DNA from: Acidobacteriaceae bacterium | GTDB taxonomy: Bacteria > Acidobacteriota > Terriglobia > Terriglobales > Acidobacteriaceae | Assembly: GCA_965277085.1 (NCBI GenBank) | Contig: OZ255708.1 | Location: forward strand, 1,889,257 to 1,953,256 | Length of the DNA stretch: 64,000 nucleotides | Direction: 5' to 3' | Part shown: positions 9,432-17,407 of the stretch, in pieces | How the letters are laid out: the number at the start of each line of letters is the position of its first letter | Numbering within the stretch: the stretch's first letter is position 1 | Made by a program: the position numbers and the translations under genes | Notes under the pieces: generated by a model | The model's input: only the letters and a program-made list of their open reading frames with translations | Database searches by the model: none | What the model was told of the DNA's origin: nothing

Positions 9432-11042
9432 ATGAAGTCAGAACCATCGATGCTTAGGGATTTTACTGTGGATAAAAGAGTGTGGCTGCTCTCTGTCGTC
9501 TCCATCGGCATTGGTATCTGCGCTACTTTCCTGGCAGTTCTTCTCCTACGCTGTATCGCGCTTTCCACGAACATCTTTTACTACCATCGCTTCAGCACCA
9601 TGGCAGTTTCCCCGGCGGGGAGTCCTCTGGGGCATTGGATGGTTGCGGTGCCGGTCGTGGGAGGCCTGCTGGTTGGCTTGATGGCGCGTTTTGGCTCCGA
9701 CAAAATACGCGGGCACGGTATCCCTGAAGCGATCGAAGCGATTCTTCTTCATCGGGCCAAAGTCGATCCGAAGATCGCTGTTCTCAAACCCATATCCGCA
9801 GCGATTGCGATTGGTTCCGGTGGCCCGTTTGGAGCGGAAGGTCCGATTATCATGACCGGCGGAGCCCTGGGCTCGCTCATCGGACAATGGATGCATGTGA
9901 CTGATGCAGAGAGAACCACACTGCTTGTAGCGGGGGCAGCGGCGGGTATGTCGGCAACCTTCGCGACGCCGGTGGCGGCAATTCTTCTCGCCGTCGAGCT
10001 TTTGCTTTTCGAGTGGAGGCCCCGCAGTATCGTTCCCGTAGCGATCGCAAGTGCTACCGCAGCCCTTCTCCGCGTCTATTGGCTCGGAGCGGGGCCGCTG
10101 TTTCAGATGCCACCTCTGGCGGAAACGCATCGTGTTTCCTGGACCATTGGGGCATCCATTTTAGGTGCTCTCCTCGGCCTGGTCGCGGTAGGAATGAGCC
10201 GCATGATGTATGCCTTCGAGGATCTATTCGAGCATTTGCATCTTCACTGGATGTGGTGGCCAGCGCTGGGCGGCATTGGGATTGGGGTGGGTGGCTTGTT
10301 CTTCCCACGTGGTCTCGGAGTCGGCTACGACAATATCGCGGAGTTGCTGCGCGGCAACGCTCCAATGGGTCTCATCGTAGGAATCTTGCTCGCAAAGTCG
10401 CTCATGTGGGCTTTTTCGCTGGGCTCCGGAACCTCTGGCGGAGTGCTTGCGCCGCTGCTCATGATCGGTGGTGCTGTGGGTGCACTGGCGGGACACCTGG
10501 CGCATGCTCCGGCCGAAGCGCAAGCATTCTGGGCTTTGATCGGGATGGGATCCATGCTTGCGGGGTCGCTGGGCGTTCCCTTGACGGCAATTCTGTTCAG
10601 TCTGGAAGTTACCCATTGTTTGCCCGCACTGCTTCCACTGACAGCGGCCTGCATCGCGTCGTATCTCATCACATCGCTCGTCATGCCTCGTTCAATTCTG
10701 ACCGAGAAACTGAGCCGGCGAGGCTACCACCTGACCCGTGAGTACGGGGTCGATCCGCTTGAACTCGTCCTCGTTCGCGATGTTATGTCGGCTCCACACG
10801 AAGACGGACCTACGCAAACACACCCGTCGTTTTATGCCTTTGCCGACGAAACCACGCGCGGAGCCGCAGAGATTATGGCAACGGAAGGATTGGAAACCCT
10901 GCCCATCCTAGATCGAAGCACGAAGCGGGTATGCGGTGAGCTCTCTCTCAAGGATCTGCTTCACGGGAGAGGACGGTCGATGCAACGAGAAAGCGAGCGT
11001 CTTCGGCTCTTCAGAACTCCTCCGCCCAAGCAGGATATTTGA
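9432..11042 (+). CDS. ClC family voltage-gated chloride channel/antiporter with C-terminal CBS region
   Basis: 536-aa polytopic membrane protein with GSGGPFGAEGP and GIPE ClC selectivity-filter-like motifs. The soluble C-terminal tail is CBS-like. Confidence 0.9.
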   Translation: MKSEPSMLRDFTVDKRVWLLSVVSIGIGICATFLAVLLLRCIALSTNIFYYHRFSTMAVSPAGSPLGHWMVAVPVVGGLLVGLMARFGSDKIRGHGIPEAIEAILLHRAKVDPKIAVLKPISAAIAIGSGGPFGAEGPIIMTGGALGSLIGQWMHVTDAERTTLLVAGAAAGMSATFATPVAAILLAVELLLFEWRPRSIVPVAIASATAALLRVYWLGAGPLFQMPPLAETHRVSWTIGASILGALLGLVAVGMSRMMYAFEDLFEHLHLHWMWWPALGGIGIGVGGLFFPRGLGVGYDNIAELLRGNAPMGLIVGILLAKSLMWAFSLGSGTSGGVLAPLLMIGGAVGALAGHLAHAPAEAQAFWALIGMGSMLAGSLGVPLTAILFSLEVTHCLPALLPLTAACIASYLITSLVMPRSILTEKLSRRGYHLTREYGVDPLELVLVRDVMSAPHEDGPTQTHPSFYAFADETTRGAAEIMATEGLETLPILDRSTKRVCGELSLKDLLHGRGRSMQRESERLRLFRTPPPKQDI

Positions 11043-11299
11043 GTGATCCCTAAGGACTAGTTTCGATAAACACGGACGTCATCCGCGTTTCCGGTGGGTA
11101 ATCAATGCTCCGTGCAGTGCTTTTCTATCACTCAGAAGGCGTTAGCGTAAGATTCCGACGTTTGGAGTAGTGACCCCAGTAAAGCGTGATTGCTTGTTTG
11201 CCGAAATCCCTTTAGATTTTGTGACTCGAGTTCAGCAGTACAGCTTTAGCTGATCGGTTCTACGTCCATCCGGAGCCCAAAAGAGGCAGAAATAAGCTC

Positions 11300-11857
11300 A
11301 TGATGACCATCGGGCACTCGACTCTTCCGATCGCCTCCTTTCTCCGCGCCCTGGCAGAGAACGACTGCAGACTCCTTATAGATGTGCGCCGGTATCCAGG
11401 ATCACGTAAATATCCACAATACGGACAGGATCAGCTTTTCGCGTCTCTCAATATGCAAGGCATCAGTGGCGTGTGGTGCGAGGAACTTGGCGGCAGGCGT
11501 CCGGCGCTAAAGGACAGCATCAATACAGGCTGGCGAAATGAAAGCTTCCGGGGATATGCGGACTACATGCAAACGCCGACCTTTGCAAAGCAGATCGACT
11601 GGCTCATGGGGCTGCCAGACCTGGGCGCGGTGGCGATTATGTGCGCAGAAGCCGTTCCATGGCGCTGCCATCGATCACTCATCGCCGATGCAGTCCTCAC
11701 TCAGGGTGGGGCTGTCGACGATGTCTTTGTCTCACCCGATGGGAGATCATCGCGCAAGTCACATCGGATGACCCCTTTCGCCCAAGTGAACGGACATCAT
11801 GTCTTCTATCCTGACCCAGCTTCAGAGCAAGCCGACCTCATGGGCATACTTCCGTAG
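11300..11857 (+). CDS. DUF488 domain-containing protein
   Basis: TIGHSTLPIASFLRALAENDCRLLIDVRRYPGSRKYPQY... and CAEAVPWRCHR match the DUF488 pattern as I remember it. Confidence 0.8.
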   Translation: MMTIGHSTLPIASFLRALAENDCRLLIDVRRYPGSRKYPQYGQDQLFASLNMQGISGVWCEELGGRRPALKDSINTGWRNESFRGYADYMQTPTFAKQIDWLMGLPDLGAVAIMCAEAVPWRCHRSLIADAVLTQGGAVDDVFVSPDGRSSRKSHRMTPFAQVNGHHVFYPDPASEQADLMGILP

Positions 11858-13363
11858 AGCCTCGGTGCTCCTACCGGCGAAACCGATATAACCGTCCGGG
11901 CGAACCAAGTAAATTCCAGGGCCGGTGCCCAAGAGCCGTTCGATAGATGGTGTCCATTGGTGCACATGGGAGTTGAGTGCCACAGCGGCTACTTGCCTCA
12001 AATCTTTCGTGATTTCCGGAAAGGAATAATCGACTGTGATCAGCAGGTGCTTCGCTTCGCGCAAAGCTGCCAACAACGTGTGGCCTGTTTCCTTACACAC
12101 TGCATCCGGCATTCGGTCTCCAGCACGGAGTGTTCCATAGACCCCCTGCGTGCGCACTATAGAAGATCCACGGTAGCTAATCGAAACCTCAGAAATGGTA
12201 CGTACCATCGCGGTCTGAATCATCTGAAACTCAGTCGCACGATGGATGACAAAATCGCGCATCCGCCCAAGGAGAAGGTTCGAAGCGGTCGCAAGCCTCA
12301 GACCACGCGCGGTGCCCCGCAGCAGTTCCTCTCCAACCTTACCGCGCTCCTCGTTATAGCTATCCAACAACCGTTCATTTGCGCCTTTGGCCACGGCGGC
12401 AAGCTTCCACGCCAAGTTCGCCGCATCCTGAACGCCGGTGTTCATTCCCTGGCCACCGACAGGGGAATGGATATGAGCAGCATCCCCCACGAGGAACACG
12501 CTTCCTTGGCGATATTGTGCGGCTTTCCTCTGATTGACCGAGAAGGGTGCCATCCATATCGCGGATTCGGCAACGATATCTAGATCGCTCTGTTTGAATG
12601 CTTTGTTGAAGTCTTGGAGGTCAGGCACACGCCGCTGATCGGACGTCTGTTGCCCGTGCAAAGCCAGTACAACCCGGCAGAAACCGTCACGCAACCGACC
12701 CATTGCCACCACGTCCCCGCCCCGATGCAAATGGACCTGGAGCTCATCGCCGGGAACGTCCTGTCCTCTAAGACGAAGGTCACCCAATTGGAAGTTCAGG
12801 CTTGATGTGGAGCCTTCGAAAGCCACATCCATCCCGGAGCGAACAGTACTATGGGCTCCGTCGCACCCCGCCATCCAACGAAAGCTCCCTCGTTCCTCCC
12901 GGCCATCTGGATGCCGCAGTGTGGCTCGGACCCGATCGCCATTGATAGTGTTTTTGAAGCTGATCAGTTCCACTTCTCGTTCGATCTCGACTCCCAGTAA
13001 CCGCAATTTAGCCGTCAGCAATTCTTCCGTTTCGCTCTGAGGAAGGAAGAGTAGGTAAGGGAAGCGGCTGGGAATCAACCCGAAATCAAGAGAGGCAAGC
13101 TGCTTCGCGTCGTTCCAGATTTGTGCCTTCGCTATTTTCCTTCCCTGAACCGCCGCCTGATCAGCGATTCCATAGCGATCAAATTGTTCCAACGTTCGGG
13201 CCTGAACGACTACTGCCTGAGACCACTGCGCCGGATGTTCGGCCTTATCTATCAAGCGAACTGGCAGACTAAATCTCCGGAGTTCTATGGCGAGGGCAAG
13301 TCCAGTAGGCCCTGCGCCGACGATCAAGCACTCTTCATCCATGTCGAAGTTTAGGCCTTTCAC
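11822..13363 (-). CDS. FAD-dependent aromatic-ring monooxygenase (PheA/TfdB-like)
   Basis: Rossmann dinucleotide-binding motif IVGAGPTGLALAIEL, the GD motif LVGDAAHIHSPVGGQGMNTGVQDA, and a thioredoxin-like C-terminal domain. The start could instead be the ATG at 13342. Confidence 0.9.
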   Translation of the reverse strand: MKGLNFDMDEECLIVGAGPTGLALAIELRRFSLPVRLIDKAEHPAQWSQAVVVQARTLEQFDRYGIADQAAVQGRKIAKAQIWNDAKQLASLDFGLIPSRFPYLLFLPQSETEELLTAKLRLLGVEIEREVELISFKNTINGDRVRATLRHPDGREERGSFRWMAGCDGAHSTVRSGMDVAFEGSTSSLNFQLGDLRLRGQDVPGDELQVHLHRGGDVVAMGRLRDGFCRVVLALHGQQTSDQRRVPDLQDFNKAFKQSDLDIVAESAIWMAPFSVNQRKAAQYRQGSVFLVGDAAHIHSPVGGQGMNTGVQDAANLAWKLAAVAKGANERLLDSYNEERGKVGEELLRGTARGLRLATASNLLLGRMRDFVIHRATEFQMIQTAMVRTISEVSISYRGSSIVRTQGVYGTLRAGDRMPDAVCKETGHTLLAALREAKHLLITVDYSFPEITKDLRQVAAVALNSHVHQWTPSIERLLGTGPGIYLVRPDGYIGFAGRSTEALRKYAHEVGLL

Positions 13364-13481
13364 CTCGAATTAAGATGCTCGTCCGTATCGATTAACTTTG
13401 GAAAGCGATAAAGCCTATACTCGGACAGGTCAGGCTCAAGCCTTTTCCTGCACCTCTTAGCCCGCACAGACGGTTCGCTCA

Positions 13482-15149
13482 ATGATTGCTTTCGATGCCG
13501 CGCATAAGGCGGTGCATTATCCAGAAGATCGGCGCTTCCGCATCTGGATCAGCACCCGCACGCTTCTGCTTATCTCCGTGGCGGTGTTGAGTCCCATCGT
13601 GCTGGCCTGGTTGCAACATGCCATCTTTGGTCTGCCGTATATCGCTCCATCGTCAGCGTCCGCCGAAGGAACTCCCAGCGGTCCTCACGGCTTTCCCTTC
13701 TGGATTCGATGGAGCCACTTTTCTAACCTCTTCTTCCTTTTTATGCTGATCCGCAGCGGTCTTTCGATCCTTATGGATCATCCTCGGCTCTATTGGAACG
13801 ATCACTGTACACCAGGAACGGAATGGATGCGCTTCACTCCGTTACAAGTGCCGAAGGACCGCATCTGGACGGCGAAGGACGACGCTCGCTATCTCTCCCC
13901 GCTCGTCTCTACCCCCGGCTATCGCCACACAGTGGGAATCGCGCGCTCATGGCACTTCATCACGGTGTACGGTTTTGTGCTCACGGGCATTTTCTTCGTG
14001 ATCGGTCTACTGACGAGCAATCAATGGGAGCGACTTGTGCCCACTTCGCCAGGTGTTTTCGTGCAGGCCTGGAACACCTTCGTTCTTTATGCCAACTTTC
14101 ACTTTCCGCCTGAGCCCAACGGATTCTATGGCTACAACGCCTTACAGCAACTCGCATATTTTGGGACTGTCTTTGTGATGGCTCCTTTGGCAATCCTTAC
14201 CGGCATGGCGATGTCGCCGGCACTTGTGAACCGTTTTCCGCTCTATACGAAGATCTTTGGAGGGCGACAGGGAGCCCGCTCAATCCATTTCCTCGTTCTG
14301 GTCGGGTTCATCGGCTTTATCGTGGTCCATGTTGCGCTTGTTGCTTTGACAGGCTTTCAGCGCAACATGAACCACATCGTCCTTGGAACCGACGATCTTG
14401 GATCGTCCGGCATGATCCTGGGGTTCATCGGGATTGCTGTTGTGCTGCTGTCGTGGATTGGCGCGCACTACATTTCCTGGTTCTTTCCCCGTGGACTTCA
14501 GCACGCACAGAAGGCCGTCACGCACCCCATCATGCTGCTCACGCTAGACCGACTCATTCCGCGTGAGCACTACACGGCCAAGGACATCTCTCCCCACTTC
14601 TGGCCGAACGGAAAGATGCCGGTGCGGGAGGATTGGAAGCAGCTCGCCGCGGAGGGCTTCAAGAGCTACAAGCTTAAGGTCTCCGGCCTGATTGAGAATC
14701 CGGTCGAGCTCTCCTTGGATGACCTTCGCAGCTTGGGAATCGAAGAGAACATCACGATGCATCATTGCATTCAGGGTTGGTCCGGCATCGCGCAATGGGG
14801 CGGCGTCTCCATGCGCAAGCTCATCGAACACGTCAAGCCATTGCCGTCCGCTAACGTCGTCGCTTTCTATTCCTTTGGTGGGTCACTCTATGGGGATCTC
14901 TACTACGACACACAGAGCATCTTAAATGCTCTCATGCCAGAGTGCCTGCTGGCGCTCTCCATGAATGGTGCGCCATTGCCCCCGGAATATGGTGCGCCGG
15001 TGCGTCTTCGGGTGGAAAATCAGCTTGGCTACAAAATGGTGAAGTGGATTGAGCGCATCGAGTTCGTCACCTCGGAAAAGACCCTGGGCGAAGGGGAGGG
15101 CGGGATCAACGAAGACGACGAATACTTTGATCTGCTCCCGAACATATAG
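13482..15149 (+). CDS. cytochrome b-type membrane domain fused to a molybdopterin-dependent oxidoreductase domain (sulfite oxidase/YedY-MsrP fold)
   Basis: The N-terminal ~330 aa is multi-helical with conserved His residues (cytochrome b561/b-like). The C-terminal part contains NITMHHCIQGWSGIAQWGGV (Mo-ligand Cys context) and GAPVRLRVENQLGYKMVKWIERIEF, typical of the Oxidored_molyb fold. Confidence 0.85.
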   Translation: MIAFDAAHKAVHYPEDRRFRIWISTRTLLLISVAVLSPIVLAWLQHAIFGLPYIAPSSASAEGTPSGPHGFPFWIRWSHFSNLFFLFMLIRSGLSILMDHPRLYWNDHCTPGTEWMRFTPLQVPKDRIWTAKDDARYLSPLVSTPGYRHTVGIARSWHFITVYGFVLTGIFFVIGLLTSNQWERLVPTSPGVFVQAWNTFVLYANFHFPPEPNGFYGYNALQQLAYFGTVFVMAPLAILTGMAMSPALVNRFPLYTKIFGGRQGARSIHFLVLVGFIGFIVVHVALVALTGFQRNMNHIVLGTDDLGSSGMILGFIGIAVVLLSWIGAHYISWFFPRGLQHAQKAVTHPIMLLTLDRLIPREHYTAKDISPHFWPNGKMPVREDWKQLAAEGFKSYKLKVSGLIENPVELSLDDLRSLGIEENITMHHCIQGWSGIAQWGGVSMRKLIEHVKPLPSANVVAFYSFGGSLYGDLYYDTQSILNALMPECLLALSMNGAPLPPEYGAPVRLRVENQLGYKMVKWIERIEFVTSEKTLGEGEGGINEDDEYFDLLPNI

Positions 15150-15154
15150 CTCAA

Positions 15155-15781
15155 ATGAAAAAGCCGAATTCAACCCCTTCACCAAACCATAGCGCAGCCC
15201 ACGTCTTCTCGCTGATCGAACGGCTTCGCCTCGGTTGGCTGCTGGCGCACCTCCCGGCGAAGTCTGTCTGGGCGGCGTACGTGGCACTCAATAGCTTCGT
15301 TACAATCGCCCTGCTGACGCTGCTGGCGTTGCTGACTCACAGCCCCTTTGTGTTTCCCTCGCTTGGTCCAACGGCTTACCTTTTCTTCTTTACCCCGCTC
15401 GCTGAATCCGCCAGCCCGCGCAACGCCTTGTTCGGCCACGCCATTGGACTGATTTGTGGCTTTGCTGCCTACAAGGTCACGGGGATGCATCCTTTTCCGG
15501 AAGGTTTTAGCGGTGAAGTGTATTGGCCGCGCATCTTGGCGTCTGCCCTGGCTCTTTCGCTTACCGGCGCGATCATGGTCCTCCTCCGCGTTAATCATCC
15601 GCCTGCAGGGGCCACCACCATGATCGTTTCACTCGGGATTCTCGCGAAACCTGGCTATTTACCGGTCATCGAAATCGCCGTCGGGCTGCTGGCCCTACAG
15701 GCATTCGTCATCAATCGGCTCGCGGGATTGCCGTACCCCGTATGGAAGAGCCAGACACCAGTTGTCGGGGGTCATCCTTGA
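15155..15781 (+). CDS. HPP family membrane protein
   Basis: Contains the name-giving HPPAGATTMIV motif in a small 4-5 TM protein. It starts 6 nt after the upstream stop. Confidence 0.85.
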   Translation: MKKPNSTPSPNHSAAHVFSLIERLRLGWLLAHLPAKSVWAAYVALNSFVTIALLTLLALLTHSPFVFPSLGPTAYLFFFTPLAESASPRNALFGHAIGLICGFAAYKVTGMHPFPEGFSGEVYWPRILASALALSLTGAIMVLLRVNHPPAGATTMIVSLGILAKPGYLPVIEIAVGLLALQAFVINRLAGLPYPVWKSQTPVVGGHP

Positions 15782-16167
15782 ACGCAACGACTCCAATCAC
15801 CGAGAAGCAGATCGCGCTTCTTGTGGACAGCTTTTACGCAAAGGTGCGTGTGGACCCCGAGATCGGCCCAGTCTTCAACGACGCCGTGCAGAACTGGAGT
15901 GCTCATTCGGCGCTCCTCAAGGACTTCTGGTCAAGCGTTCTTTTGACCACGGGACGGTACAAAGGCAATCCGCTCCTGGCGCACTTTCGCTTGCCGATTG
16001 AAGAAAGACATTTTGACCTTTGGCTGACACTGTTCACAGAAACGGCAAAGGAAGTGTTGTCCGCCCCACAGGCTGAAGTTGTCTCCCAAAGGGCAAATCT
16101 GATCGCTATGAACATGAAGCGTGTTCTCGCTTCGAGTCAACGCTTAGAAAACACCAACCAGCAGTGA
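15742..16167 (+). CDS. group III truncated haemoglobin
   Basis: LVDSFYAKVRVDPEIGPVFNDAV..W..H...L.DFWSSVLLTTGRYKGNPLLAH...HFDLWL.LF is the pattern of trHbP/Ctb-like globins. It overlaps the end of the HPP gene. The start may instead be TTG at 15778. Confidence 0.8.
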   Translation: MEEPDTSCRGSSLNATTPITEKQIALLVDSFYAKVRVDPEIGPVFNDAVQNWSAHSALLKDFWSSVLLTTGRYKGNPLLAHFRLPIEERHFDLWLTLFTETAKEVLSAPQAEVVSQRANLIAMNMKRVLASSQRLENTNQQ

Positions 16168-16174
16168 GGAATCT

Positions 16175-16588
16175 ATGACAACCGAAGGCTTTGCAGATGA
16201 TGGAACGATGCTCAAGGACTATGCACAACTCGATCTTAGCCAAGAGGTGCTCACCTCCGAGCAGACCAAGCCTTGGCAGGCGGGCCACACTGCCAGAGTG
16301 CTGTTCAAGAAACCGGATTTCCGAATAGTCCTGATCTCGATGGAGAAGGGTTCCTTCCTCAAGGAGCATCATGCTGACGGCACGATCTCCATACAGGTTC
16401 TGAATGGGTCGATCCGCTTTACCTCGCAAGGAGAGACGCATACTCTCCAGGCACACGGTCTGGCAGCGCTGGGCGCTTCAATTAAACACGAAGTCGAGGC
16501 GCTGGAAGAATCGGCGTTCCTGCTTATGATTGCATGGCCAAATTCAGAAAAGCTCCAGACAATCACACATCGGGAACACGGAACTTAG
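16175..16588 (+). CDS. cupin domain protein
   Basis: 137-aa small beta-barrel-type sequence (VLISMEKGSFLKEHHADGTISIQVLNGSIRF). It starts 8 nt after the globin stop. Confidence 0.7.
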   Translation: MTTEGFADDGTMLKDYAQLDLSQEVLTSEQTKPWQAGHTARVLFKKPDFRIVLISMEKGSFLKEHHADGTISIQVLNGSIRFTSQGETHTLQAHGLAALGASIKHEVEALEESAFLLMIAWPNSEKLQTITHREHGT

Positions 16589-16618
16589 AAGTTTCGAGCC
16601 GGAATAGGGTATGCCTAA

Positions 16619-17326
16619 ACGCACACGCTTCATGCGCGGCTTCGGGCCTGTCTTGCGTCTGCCAGCGAACTCGACCTTGTCGGTGAAGCCAGAGACGGAC
16701 CCACGGCGGTGAACATGATCGGCAGGTTCAAGCCGGACCTTGTGTTCTTGGATATTCAACTTCCGCTCCTCTTGGGATTCGATGTGCTGCGTTCCATTGA
16801 ATACAATCCGGCTGTCATTTTCACAACGGCGCACAACGAGTACGCGGTGTCGGCTTTCGAGTGGGGAGACTTCGACTATTTGCTCGAACCTTTCGATAGG
16901 GAACGTGTCGCACTCGCTCTCAGCCGCTTCCAGGAACGCAGCGGGCTTTCCGAAGGAGCAACGGCTCTGGCGGATAGATTGGATACCACAGAGAGCGAAG
17001 GGGTTATCCGGCGCTTCTTCGTGAAACAACGAGGCATCACCGTTCCCGTCGACGTTGAAAGCATCATCGCTATCCTGGCCGAGGGCGACTACTGCAGGGT
17101 CCAAATGGAAGATGAAAGTCATTTCATCCACCTCCCGTTGCGAGAGTTCGAGAATCGTTTGAGCCCCGAACACTTTCGACGTGTCCACCGCTCTGCATTG
17201 ATCAACATAGCGAAGGTCGTTCGTATCGAAGCTGCCGGCCGTGTAGCAAACGTCTCTATGCAGGGTGGGCTGACCGTTCCGGCGAGCAGGTCAGGTCTGG
17301 CGCAGCTAAAGAAGCTGTGTCTTTAG
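16619..17326 (+). pseudogene. LytR/AlgR (LytTR) family response regulator, 5'-truncated
   Basis: The frame opens directly after a TAA at 16616. It reads ...ARLRACLASASELDLVGEARDGPTAVNMIGRFKPDLVFLDIQLP...FDYLLEPF, then a LytTR domain (FFVKQRGITVPV...HLPLREFENRL...FRRVHRSALINI). The first ~20-25 residues of the receiver (MxxxVLIVDDE acidic pocket) and any upstream ATG are missing. Confidence 0.7.
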
Positions 17327-17407
17327 GCCTCGGCGACAGGTTTGGCTCGCTCACAGAAAAGTTCTTGAACGAGGAGCGGGGTCACCTAATTTCGGTGCAG
17401 GTCAACT

